Source: an uncultured Chloroflexia bacterium
Lineage (GTDB): Bacteria; Chloroflexota; Anaerolineae; JAAYZQ01
Assembly: GCA_963700285.1 (NCBI GenBank)
Contig: CAVOXA010000010.1
Coordinates: 864,001 to 928,000 of the forward strand
Length of the DNA: 64,000 bases
Direction: 5' to 3'
Below are positions 10,449 to 19,401 of the stretch, piece by piece. The translations under genes were made by a program, and so were the position numbers. The notes beneath the pieces are model-generated. The model was not told the origin of the DNA and searched no databases. It saw only the letters and a program-made list of their open reading frames with translations. The stretch's first letter is position 1. Each line of letters opens with the position of its first letter.

Positions 10449-11345
10449 CTAAAGGATACCCAGTTCGGAAAGCCGCACGCGGATCCTTTCTCGCTCTTCA
10501 GGCGTGCTGTCGCGGAGGGGTGGGCGGCTGCGCCCGAAAGTTGTGCCCCTCATGAGTTCGAGAGCCGTCTTGAAGGACATGGCATGGGGCGCCCCCTGGC
10601 AGGCATCTCTGAGCGTGATGGCACGGTCCTGGAGCTTGCGGGCAAGGTTCCAATCCCCGTTCCAGCACGCCTCGCAGAGCTCCACGAGGAGGCCGGGAAA
10701 GACGTTTGCCAGCGAGGCGACGACGCCGTGGCCCCCAACAGCCAGAACCGGTACGGTCAGCTCGTAGCTGCCGGTGAGCACGACGAACTCGGGTGGGGTA
10801 GCTGCCAAGAATTCCTGGACGCGGGCAACCGTCGCACTGGAATCCTTGATCCCGTGCAAGTGGTCATATTCCCGGGACAGGCGCGCGGCCAAACCAGGGG
10901 AGATGGTGTTGCTGGCGCAAGCCGGTATGTTGTAGAGATAGGTTGGAAAGCCCGGTACCGCTTCCAGCACCGTCCGGTAGTGGATCTCCAGGGCAAGCTC
11001 ATCCAGGCGGAAAAAGAAGGGACTGACGACTGCAGCAGCAGCGGCGCCTGCAGCCTGGGCATAGCGGGTGAGTTCGACGGCGTCCCGCGTAGTCAAGGCA
11101 CCGGTGTGCATGATGACGGGGACCCTGCCCCCGGCTTCCTCCACGCAAATGTCTGTGACCCGCTTTCGCTCGTCGACGGAAAGGAGGATGCCCTCGCCCA
11201 AAGTGCCCAGCGGAAAGAGTCCGTGCACGCCGTTGTCTATCAGGAAGCCAAGTTGGGCCCGAAACTGCTCTTCGGCGACACGGCCATCGGGTCCAAAAGG
11301 AGTCAATACTGGGACGACGATGCCTTTCAAGCGCTCAAGGTTCAT
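10449..11345 (-). CDS. Dihydrodipicolinate synthase family class I aldolase/dehydratase
   Basis: GIVVPVLTPF, GTLGEG, YLYNIP, GIKDS with Schiff-base Lys; start at ATG 11345. Confidence 0.92.
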   Translation of the reverse strand: MNLERLKGIVVPVLTPFGPDGRVAEEQFRAQLGFLIDNGVHGLFPLGTLGEGILLSVDERKRVTDICVEEAGGRVPVIMHTGALTTRDAVELTRYAQAAGAAAAAVVSPFFFRLDELALEIHYRTVLEAVPGFPTYLYNIPACASNTISPGLAARLSREYDHLHGIKDSSATVARVQEFLAATPPEFVVLTGSYELTVPVLAVGGHGVVASLANVFPGLLVELCEACWNGDWNLARKLQDRAITLRDACQGAPHAMSFKTALELMRGTTFGRSRPPLRDSTPEERERIRVRLSELGIL

Positions 11346-11419
11346 GGGAATCCCCCAAGGAAACCAGCTTTCAATACCTTCAGAAGCGATACCACGCATG
11401 GTGCCAGCCCTTGGTACGT

Positions 11420-11448
11420 ATTGTAACCGTTTTCACGGGAACTGTCAA
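11420..11448 (-). promoter_or_regulatory. sigma70 promoter TTGACA-N17-TACAAT overlapped by LacI-type operator
   Basis: -35 at 11443-11448, -10 at 11420-11425; palindrome TGTAACCGTTTTCA at 11422-11435. Confidence 0.8.
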
Positions 11449-11594
11449 GATTTTTGGTTGCCGCTGATGCCTCTGATTGCCAAACGATAGAACTCACCTG
11501 CCTCCGATTTGGCTTTTGACGAGGGGTAACCAGAACCCAGGCTGGTACTAGGTGTGCGCTGATCCACGCCGCAACTGACTGCTTGCGGCGTGGG

Positions 11595-12557
11595 TCAGGC
11601 GGATGCTTTCTCAGCAACTGTGCCCACCAGGGCAAGATAATCTACATCTCTGCCACCTATCTTTATCACACAAGTTCCATTACAGTCATCAGCCTCAAAG
11701 CTGATCTCAAACGGCCATCCTTCGGCCAAGAACTTGTTCGGGGCGCGTCGAATCAGGCGGGTCCATACTTTCAAAAAGATGTTGATACAAAGCTCTCCAG
11801 CCTCAAAACGCACGGCGAAATCCTGGCCGCTACGTCTATCTCTATAAAGCCCAACCAAACGACTTGCTTCAGTTGGTGAGATCGTCCCTTCCGGGATCCG
11901 TGGAATCGACAGATAGTCTAGTACCTGAAGGTTGTAGGTTTCCCAGTCGCCCGCGGGGTTGTCAATCTTGAGCTTTCGGTTGGGAAACCTCTCGAACAGT
12001 TCGTCTGTCAAGGCCACAAACTCTTGCCAGTAGAGCAACATGCCAGCATAACCTTCCCAGCCCCTGTCCTTTGCAAGGGGCGTGGAGATGGCTAATTCGA
12101 TGACAAAGTTACTGAAGCCAGGTCCTCTACGTTCAAAGTTCCGCACCAGCGCCTGCTCCACATCCTCCTGTACCAGATAGACCAAGGTCGGGTTGAGCGG
12201 CTCGCTAAAGGCCTGCAATTCAGCAGCAAATTGCAGAATCTGTGATCTTTCAACATTGTGAGCCAGCAGCATCTCGAGGAGATTGTTGAAGAAACACGCC
12301 TCTACGACACAGACCCTGGCGGTTGACTCAACCTGGTCAACGAAAGCTACCCAATTGACCCGTATCTTGGCCATATAGCTTTCAATGCCGCTATCCATAT
12401 CTACGAGGATTGGGTGAGATATTTCGCCCTCGTGAAGCCAACTGGCAGCGATACCATTATAGTTGAGTTGCCGGGCGAGAAAGTGAGCCATGGTGGATTT
12501 GCCGGAGCCGGTCAGCCCCTCAACAATGATGAGTTTACTCCCTACAGATTCGTTCAT
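11595..12557 (-). CDS. P-loop kinase (thymidylate kinase-like) hypothetical protein
   Basis: KLIIVEGLTGSGKST Walker A at the N-terminus; visibly more AT-rich than neighbours. Confidence 0.7.
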   Translation of the reverse strand: MNESVGSKLIIVEGLTGSGKSTMAHFLARQLNYNGIAASWLHEGEISHPILVDMDSGIESYMAKIRVNWVAFVDQVESTARVCVVEACFFNNLLEMLLAHNVERSQILQFAAELQAFSEPLNPTLVYLVQEDVEQALVRNFERRGPGFSNFVIELAISTPLAKDRGWEGYAGMLLYWQEFVALTDELFERFPNRKLKIDNPAGDWETYNLQVLDYLSIPRIPEGTISPTEASRLVGLYRDRRSGQDFAVRFEAGELCINIFLKVWTRLIRRAPNKFLAEGWPFEISFEADDCNGTCVIKIGGRDVDYLALVGTVAEKASA

Positions 12558-12635
12558 CTTTGGTATTCGCCCAGTTCAACCTCTGCCCTATCCTCAGCCA
12601 GCATCTGCCTGGCGGCTGGCATAACCTTCTGCTCG

Positions 12636-13130
12636 TTATGTCTCAAGTTGCTTATACATCACAAGGGCATCCACAAATCCAAGCCGTCGATGCCGGAAAG
12701 CCTTCAGCAGGGTACCAACAATTTCAAACCCCTGTCTCTTCCAGAGCCGGACAGCACCCTCGTTTGTGGAAACAACCAGATTGTACTGCATCGCCCGAAA
12801 GCCTCGCGAAACGGCCTCACGCTGCGAATGCTTGCACATTTTGGACGCAATCCCCATGCCCCGGGCTTCTTCTGCAACGATATAGCCACAGTTGCAGACG
12901 TGAGCCCCAAGGGCAGGTTGGTTTGGTTTGATGTAGTAGGTGCCAAGAACTTTGTTGTTTCCATCCACAGCCACAAAGGTTGCAGAAGGCATCTCAACCC
13001 AAGCCTGGTGTGCCTCCTTCTCGGTGATATCCGGTGAAAAAGGGTAGGTCTCACCAGCCCGGAATACAGGTCTGATGACTTGCCACGTGACCGTCCAATC
13101 CTTCGGTTCAAATGGTCGAATCTCGATCAT
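12636..13130 (-). CDS. GNAT family N-acetyltransferase
   Basis: ARGMGIA acetyl-CoA motif, VVSTNEGAVRLWKRQGF; start at ATG 13130 after GGAG. Confidence 0.9.
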   Translation of the reverse strand: MIEIRPFEPKDWTVTWQVIRPVFRAGETYPFSPDITEKEAHQAWVEMPSATFVAVDGNNKVLGTYYIKPNQPALGAHVCNCGYIVAEEARGMGIASKMCKHSQREAVSRGFRAMQYNLVVSTNEGAVRLWKRQGFEIVGTLLKAFRHRRLGFVDALVMYKQLET

Positions 13131-13401
13131 GTGTAGCTCCGTGAGACATTTCGGGTGCGGATTCATGTGGCGCCAAGCCGCCAGTTGGTCCAGAGTTGAA
13201 CCACGCCGTGTAGATTGTAGCCGTTATTGGAGTTTCATGCAAGTGCTTGCTGGGGGAGCCGCGCCTGTCGAGGGGCTGTCAGGTACTACTTGAGCCGGTG
13301 CACAGCTACGCCAGTGGCACGAACAGCCGCAGCACAGCCCCTCTGTTGGCAATCTTCTGTGAGGGCCAGGGTCATAATGGTCCAAAACCAAGTGGCTGCC
13401 T

Positions 13402-13430
13402 TTGACGAGAAAACGTTTTCATGGTATCCT
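13402..13430 (+). promoter_or_regulatory. sigma70 promoter TTGACG-N17-TATCCT with LacI-type operator in the spacer
   Basis: -35 at 13402-13407, extended -10 at 13425-13430; perfect palindrome GAAAACGTTTTC at 13409-13420. Confidence 0.75.
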
Positions 13431-13499
13431 GGTCTCCAGCAATGGTTCTGGCCGGGCAAGTCACGGTGTAACTACCACATTCTACCCAAGCGAGGTGCT

Positions 13500-14540
13500 G
13501 TGTTGCCCGTTATCGGGGTTCCCAAGCTCCATGATCTGTCCTTCAAGTTCCTGAGGAAAGCGGGCGCTCCCCCCGCCGTTGCGGAACGCGTTGCCCAAGC
13601 GCTGGTGCAAAGCAGCCTCAAGGGGGTCGATTCCCACGGCGTAATGCGACTCCCGCAGTATCTTGAGCATGTCGAGGAAGGTCTCGTCATCCCCGATGCA
13701 CTGCCGGTGCTCGTCCGCGAAACGGCATGTACGGCGGTTGTTGATGGCCAGCGGGGCTTTGGCCACGTGGCGGCCGAGTTTTCCACGCGGATTGCGCTGG
13801 AGAAGGCACGGGTGCACGACCTGGCGGCGGTAACGCTGCATAATACGCGGCACATCGGGCGCGTCGGCGAGTATGTGGAGATGGCCACCGATGCCGGGTT
13901 CATCGGCTTTGTCTTTTGCAGCGCTCTCTCGCAAGTGGCGCCCCATGGAGGGCGGGACAGAATACTGGGTACCAACCCCGTCGCCATCGGCATCCCCTCC
14001 GATGGTGAGTTCCCCTTTGTACTGGATTTCGCCACGTCCGTGCTCTCGGAGGGCAAAGTGCGGGTGGCCAGGGACAAGGGCATTGAGCTGCAACCCGGCG
14101 CTATTCTCGATGCCCGAGGCCAGCCGTCCATCAGGCCCGAGGATCTCTACGAGGGCGGTGCCTTGCTCCCGCTGGGAACCTACAAGGGCTACGGGCTGGG
14201 CCTGGCTGTGCAGATCCTCGGCTCCTTGCTGGCCCAGGGCGGGACGGCACTGATCAACCAGCCGACGGTGGGCAATGGCGCGCTGTTTATCGTACTGAAT
14301 CCAGGGTCCTTCTGCGATGCAGCGGATCTGCGCGCGCAGACGGAGGAGTTGTGTGACGCGGTCAAAAGTTCGTCCCTTTGCGATGGTTTCGACGAGATCC
14401 TGATACCTGGTGAGCCGGAGTATCGGGCCGAGCGCCAGCGAGGACAGGATGGGATTCCGATTGCAGAGGCTACCTGGCAGCGCTGGCGAGAGGCTGGCTT
14501 CAGCATAGGCATGGAGCCGGCTGACTTTGAGATAGACTAG
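13500..14540 (+). CDS. Ldh_2 (malate/L-lactate/ureidoglycolate dehydrogenase) family oxidoreductase
   Basis: GVDSHG, RHIGR, GTNPVAIG, LDFATS, YKGYGL, IPGEPE; start GTG 13500 or TTG 13503 after GAGGTG. Confidence 0.92.
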   Translation: MLPVIGVPKLHDLSFKFLRKAGAPPAVAERVAQALVQSSLKGVDSHGVMRLPQYLEHVEEGLVIPDALPVLVRETACTAVVDGQRGFGHVAAEFSTRIALEKARVHDLAAVTLHNTRHIGRVGEYVEMATDAGFIGFVFCSALSQVAPHGGRDRILGTNPVAIGIPSDGEFPFVLDFATSVLSEGKVRVARDKGIELQPGAILDARGQPSIRPEDLYEGGALLPLGTYKGYGLGLAVQILGSLLAQGGTALINQPTVGNGALFIVLNPGSFCDAADLRAQTEELCDAVKSSSLCDGFDEILIPGEPEYRAERQRGQDGIPIAEATWQRWREAGFSIGMEPADFEID

Positions 14541-14598
14541 CAGCGTGGGAATCTGATGATCCCAGATTCTGCCGGCTGAGGGGAAAGGGCGCCAGGAC

Positions 14599-15684
14599 GT
14601 GCATTCTCGTGAAAGGCTGCGACGGGCCTACTATCTGGAAGAGATGGACCGGCCTGCGGTGTATAGTCGCACGTCCAGTGTTCCGTGGGATGACTCAAGT
14701 TATGACAAATTAGGGGCATTCCTGGCCGCTGAGTGTGATCAGAAGGCGCACTGGGATGGCCGGGCGTTCGAAACAGCCTACCTGGTTAGCCACGCGGTCG
14801 AACCTTATTCCGAGGATTTCGAGCGGCAGATCACCATCCTACACGCACCCGCGGGCGATCTTTTGGCTTCGAAACGGGTTGGGCTCAAGTACCAGCCAGG
14901 GCTCCAGGAGACCTTTTTTATCAAAACACGGGAGGACGCCGCAAAGTACCTTTCGCTTCCCCTACCCCAACGGGTTGGGGATGTAGGTTCCTTCTTTGCC
15001 GTTGACCAGCAGGTTGGCGAGCGAGGGATCACCGACGTGTCCCTGGGTTTTAACCCCGCCGGCTTTGTCGCAGAACTCTGCGGTTCGGAAACCTTTGCCC
15101 TCATGTCCGTGACGGACCGTGACGTGCTCCATGCGTTGTGCCAGCGGCAGATGGAGATCATGCTGGAAACGGCCAAGTTTCTACTGGGTCAGGGGGTAGG
15201 CCCCTATTTTTCGATGGCGGGGGAGGAGTACCTCGTGCCACCTCTGCACGGCCCGACCGACTTTGGCGATTTTAACGTGAGGTACGACAAACCGATCGTT
15301 GATCTGATCCACGATGCTGGAGGAAGGGTACACATCCACTGCCACGGCTCGGTCAAAAGGGTTATGGCGGGCTTTCTCGAAATGGGGGTTGACGTACTGC
15401 ATCCTTTTGAGGCGCCGCCGATGGGCGACATCACACCGGCGGAGGCGAAAGAGGTGATACGGGGCAGGATGTGCTATGAGGGCAACATCCAGATCCATCA
15501 TATGTACGAGCATAGCCCGGAGCAAGTGCGCGAAGAGACCATCGCACTCATCGATGATGTTTTTGACGATGGACTGGGCCTCATTGTCTGTCCAACGGCG
15601 TCGCCCTACATCCCCGGCGAAGGGGAAGTATGTTTGGATCGGTTTAGCGCCATGATCGCAGCGGTCCGCGATTGGCAAGGATAG
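14599..15684 (+). CDS. Uroporphyrinogen decarboxylase-like protein
   Basis: SRERL...DRPAV start, HIHCHG, HPFEAPPMGD, EGNIQ. Confidence 0.8.
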   Translation: MHSRERLRRAYYLEEMDRPAVYSRTSSVPWDDSSYDKLGAFLAAECDQKAHWDGRAFETAYLVSHAVEPYSEDFERQITILHAPAGDLLASKRVGLKYQPGLQETFFIKTREDAAKYLSLPLPQRVGDVGSFFAVDQQVGERGITDVSLGFNPAGFVAELCGSETFALMSVTDRDVLHALCQRQMEIMLETAKFLLGQGVGPYFSMAGEEYLVPPLHGPTDFGDFNVRYDKPIVDLIHDAGGRVHIHCHGSVKRVMAGFLEMGVDVLHPFEAPPMGDITPAEAKEVIRGRMCYEGNIQIHHMYEHSPEQVREETIALIDDVFDDGLGLIVCPTASPYIPGEGEVCLDRFSAMIAAVRDWQG

Positions 15685-15775
15685 GGTCGGTTTTTGCACG
15701 GCGCAAACAGGAGCGTTTTCGACCGACGAAAACAGCGGTTGCTTCGACCGAAAATAGGACGTTCTGGAGGCGAAA

Positions 15776-16744
15776 ATGAAAAAGGTAGCTTTTGGCAAGA
15801 CCGGCGAAGAACTATCGGAGATGTGTCTGGGTACCATGATGTTCGGCGAGCGATGCGACCAGGCCGAATCAGATCGGATTCTGTCTGCGGCGTTGGAAGC
15901 CGGCGTCAACTTTGTGGACACAGCCTCGCTCTACGCGGGTGGGGTGACGGAGGAGATCCTCGGACACATACTAAAAGGGCGCCGGGACAGAGTCTTTCTG
16001 GCCAGCAAAGTCCGCCTTGATATGGCGAGCGTCGTAGAGAGCATCGAAGGTAGCCTGAGACGCCTGCAGACAGACTGCTTGGACCTGTACATGATCCATG
16101 CCCCCATGCGCGGCATGGATCCGGTCAAGATCATGAGGGACCTGGACCAGGTGGTACGGGAGGGCAAGGCTCGCTTTGTGGGCTGCTCCAACTATCCGGC
16201 CTGGTTGGTGACCCACAGCAACTGCATCGCCCAGCAGCAGGGCTGGCCCCAGTTTGTCTGCAACCAGGTCCCCTTCAGCCTCATCGAACGCCCGGCTGAC
16301 ATCGAGATCTTGCAGCAAGCGTATGTCCAGAACTTGGGGATCATGGCCTACCGCCCCATGTGCATGGGGCTGTTGGCCGGCAAATATAGACCCGGCGAAC
16401 CCCTGCCCGAGGACTCGCGGTCTGCGACTGACAAACGGCCCGCCTGGCTCCTGGGCGAGTTTGCCGACGCCATCTCGGGCCTGCTCCAGATGGCCGAGGA
16501 CATGGGGGTGCAGCCAGCAGATCTGGCGGTTGCCTGGTTGCGGGCCAATCCCGGCATCACCACGCCCATCATCGGGGTGAGCTCGCTGCGCCAGTTGCAG
16601 GCCAACCTCTCCGCCTTTGAGTTTGATTTAACCGATGAGCAATACCAGCAACTGGACGAGATGTTTGCTCTGAGAGACCTTGGTGGGGAGATCACGCCCT
16701 TTTTCCAGCCCCTCCGACGGGACCTGGAGCTGGTCCGGCGCTAG
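15776..16744 (+). CDS. Aldo/keto reductase
   Basis: CLGTMMFG, DTASLY, SLRRLQTDCLDLYMIH, GCSNY; RBS GGAGG. Confidence 0.95.
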   Translation: MKKVAFGKTGEELSEMCLGTMMFGERCDQAESDRILSAALEAGVNFVDTASLYAGGVTEEILGHILKGRRDRVFLASKVRLDMASVVESIEGSLRRLQTDCLDLYMIHAPMRGMDPVKIMRDLDQVVREGKARFVGCSNYPAWLVTHSNCIAQQQGWPQFVCNQVPFSLIERPADIEILQQAYVQNLGIMAYRPMCMGLLAGKYRPGEPLPEDSRSATDKRPAWLLGEFADAISGLLQMAEDMGVQPADLAVAWLRANPGITTPIIGVSSLRQLQANLSAFEFDLTDEQYQQLDEMFALRDLGGEITPFFQPLRRDLELVRR

Positions 16745-16757
16745 CCAAGGAAGCGGG

Positions 16758-16795
16758 CTCAACCTCCCACAGGTTGCCGTCTGCGGGAGGTTGAG
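16758..16795. terminator. Hairpin between convergent operons
   Basis: CTCAACCTCCC...GGGAGGTTGAG inverted repeat between the stops at 16744 and 16797. Confidence 0.65.
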
Positions 16796-16796
16796 G

Positions 16797-18107
16797 TTAG
16801 CGTATCTCTCTGAACACGTCCTCGATGATGTTCAGGGCCTCGTCAATGTCTTCCACGGTGTGTTGTGAGGAGTAGCCGTGGTGCATGGGGGTCTTGTGGG
16901 CATAGTCGTGCAGATAAAGCCCCCTCTCCACGCAGCCGAGTAGGAACTGGACCTCCATCTCGCGGTCGTTTTTGACCGCCTGCCGGTAGTTGGAGACCGG
17001 TTCTGTGACCCCGAAATAGATGCCAAAACGGGCCCCAACCCCCTGTACCACGCCGGGCACGCCAGTGACCTGGAGCAGTTGGGTCATACCGCTGTACAGC
17101 CGCTCCGCCAACAGGTTAATGTGGTCATAGAAGCCCGGCCTGGCAATCTCTTTCTGGCAGGCCAGCGCGCCCAGGACGGCCGGGATATGCCCGGTATAGG
17201 TGCCGCTGATAACCGTATGCCCCATGGGGTTGAGCACGTTCATGATCTCGGTCCTACCACAGATGGCAGCGATGGCGACCCCACCGCCCAGGGCCTTGGC
17301 CAGGGTGCACATGTCCGGCGTCACGCCATAGTACTCCTGGGCGCCGCCCCGGCACATGCGGTAGCCGGACAATACCTCGTCAAAGATCAGTACGATGCCC
17401 GTTTCGTCACAGATCTGGCGAACCTGGCGCAGAAACTCGGGGTCCGAGGGGACACAACCCTGGTTGTAGGAGATGGGCTCCAGGATGACGGCGGCCAGCT
17501 CATGCCGGTGGGCTTCGATCGCTGACGAAAAGGCGTCGATATCATTGAAGGGTACCACGACGATCAGGTCTGACAAAGCTTCTGGCATGCCGTCGGTATC
17601 GGGCATCGGCGCCACCGTACCATCATCGCGCAGGTCGCCCAGTTCCGTGGAGCAATTGTACCACAAGTAGTCGTGCATGCCGTGGAAATGACCTTCAAAC
17701 TTGAGGATCTTGGGCTTGCCCGTGTAGGCTCGGGCAACGCGGATGGCGCCAAGGGTGGCCTCGGTACCGCTGTTCTGCAGGCGGATCTTTTCCGCGCTGG
17801 GAACGGCATCAAAGATCAGCTCGGCCAACTCGGAGTGGTACTCTGTCTCAGCGTTGGCAATCATCCCGATCTCCAGGGCCTGCTCCAGTGCTGCCCGGAT
17901 GGCAGGGTGATTGTGCCCCAAGAAGGTCGCACCGCTCCCTGTGAAAAAGTCAATGTACTCGTTGCCGTCCACATCCCAGAAACGGGACCCCTGGCCGTGG
18001 GTCAGGTAGAGCGGGCGTTTGAGCAAGGGGTTGTAGCGCCCTCCGGCTACAGCTCCGCCGATGAGGTGTTCCTGGGCTGAAGCGAACAACTGATCCGATT
18101 TTCGCAT
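16797..18107 (-). CDS. Class III PLP aminotransferase, glutamate-1-semialdehyde aminomutase-like
   Basis: NSGTEAT, KFEGHFHG, LIFDEV, TLAKALGGG with PLP Lys; start at ATG 18107 after AAGGAG. Confidence 0.9.
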   Translation of the reverse strand: MRKSDQLFASAQEHLIGGAVAGGRYNPLLKRPLYLTHGQGSRFWDVDGNEYIDFFTGSGATFLGHNHPAIRAALEQALEIGMIANAETEYHSELAELIFDAVPSAEKIRLQNSGTEATLGAIRVARAYTGKPKILKFEGHFHGMHDYLWYNCSTELGDLRDDGTVAPMPDTDGMPEALSDLIVVVPFNDIDAFSSAIEAHRHELAAVILEPISYNQGCVPSDPEFLRQVRQICDETGIVLIFDEVLSGYRMCRGGAQEYYGVTPDMCTLAKALGGGVAIAAICGRTEIMNVLNPMGHTVISGTYTGHIPAVLGALACQKEIARPGFYDHINLLAERLYSGMTQLLQVTGVPGVVQGVGARFGIYFGVTEPVSNYRQAVKNDREMEVQFLLGCVERGLYLHDYAHKTPMHHGYSSQHTVEDIDEALNIIEDVFREIR

Positions 18108-18132
18108 TTGTGCTCTCCTTGAAGTGATAGCC

Positions 18133-19338
18133 TTAGCCAGCAGCCGCCACCATGGCCAGCGCACCCTGCGGTATCAGGTTCAAGCGGGGGCCGGATGCCA
18201 GTTCTTCCAGGACTGACAGCGCTTCTCCCAGGTCGCGGAACAGCAGGCTGCCGGGCGGCATCAAATAGTCCACCTCTTTGTCCCGCAGGTTGGGCGAGTA
18301 GACGATCAACCTGCGCGAGTCCAGGCTCTTTTCCATGGCCCGAGCGTGCAGATCCTCATAGTAGCCGCCCCGGCTGCCGATGTAGTGGTGGCCGGCGCCC
18401 TCGGGACAGGCCGCTACGAGCAGGATAGGGCCACCGGGCACGACGCTCATGGTCCCCGTGCCGGCCAGGATAGCCTTGCCGGCCTGGATAAAGTCGCACT
18501 CTACGGGAGAGGCGCCGATGACGGCCGCGTCGGCCAGAGGGGGCGCTGCGACCTGATAGACTTCCCGGGCAAAAGGCACTGCCCGGCGGTGGGTCAGGCT
18601 GTAGTCCCCGGCGAACAGGCCCACGATCTCACACCTTTCGTTGATGACCGAGTCCACGACAAAGTCCAGACCGCACATCCCGGCAATGTCCTCGATGTCC
18701 GCCCGGTAGTCGCCCACCTCCTCCGAGTCCGCGGCCCCGCGGGGGCGCACCGAATGGTGGTAGGTGACGGTCTTGGCCCCGCAGACACCAGGCATGAGGG
18801 TCTTGGCCCCACCGCTAAAGCCAGCGTGGGTGTGAGGGATGACGCTGCCGATGGTGACCTTGATTTCAGAGCGGTTGACGAGGCTGTTGAGATAGACAGG
18901 TGTGCCAAGCTCACTGATACCCAAAAAGTCAAGCTGGTCGTAAAAGTTGTGGTTGTAGGTCTCAAAGCGATCGACGACCTCGGTGCCCAACTTGGCACAG
19001 AAGTCGTGGCCGAATTGGGGACGGTGCGCGGCGATGGCGGAAAAGAACCGGATCTCCCCCTCAGCGATGCCTGCCTCCAGCAGTTCATCCACAACCAGGG
19101 GGGTGACCAAGTGCGTTGGCGTGGGGCGCGTGGCGTCTTCGACGATGACGGCGGCGCTCCTTTTGCCGCGGGCCAAGTCTCTCAGCCGCGGTGTGCCGTG
19201 CGGCGAACGGAAGGCTGCCACCCGCTGCTCGGGCGTTAGAGCGGGGGCGCCCTGAATGGAACACTCGTGGACGCGCCAGGCATCGGATAGCGGTAGCGCC
19301 AACTGGCCATCAGCGTAAGGTATGGATAACGTGGGCAT
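18133..19338 (-). CDS. LarA-like (lactate racemase domain, nickel-pincer) racemase/epimerase
   Basis: EDATRPTP, AAHRP, PHTHAGFSGGAK, YHHS: the His/Lys pattern of the LarA superfamily. Confidence 0.88.
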   Translation of the reverse strand: MPTLSIPYADGQLALPLSDAWRVHECSIQGAPALTPEQRVAAFRSPHGTPRLRDLARGKRSAAVIVEDATRPTPTHLVTPLVVDELLEAGIAEGEIRFFSAIAAHRPQFGHDFCAKLGTEVVDRFETYNHNFYDQLDFLGISELGTPVYLNSLVNRSEIKVTIGSVIPHTHAGFSGGAKTLMPGVCGAKTVTYHHSVRPRGAADSEEVGDYRADIEDIAGMCGLDFVVDSVINERCEIVGLFAGDYSLTHRRAVPFAREVYQVAAPPLADAAVIGASPVECDFIQAGKAILAGTGTMSVVPGGPILLVAACPEGAGHHYIGSRGGYYEDLHARAMEKSLDSRRLIVYSPNLRDKEVDYLMPPGSLLFRDLGEALSVLEELASGPRLNLIPQGALAMVAAAG

Positions 19339-19401
19339 GGGTTCATTCCTTCATCTGTATCGCACAACGCATTGGCAGGGCTGTAGATTCGGATACCCCG
19401 G

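Noticed and set aside
12618-12640. Possible integron attC site after the GNAT gene (ACATAAC...GTTATGC)
   Set aside because: The core-like heptamers are only 9 nt apart, with no L boxes, no second site and no integrase
16797-18107. Calling this hemL and the UroD-like genes hemE (heme synthesis)
   Set aside because: No other tetrapyrrole genes, a catabolic LacI-controlled context, and UroD-like proteins that lack HemE motifs
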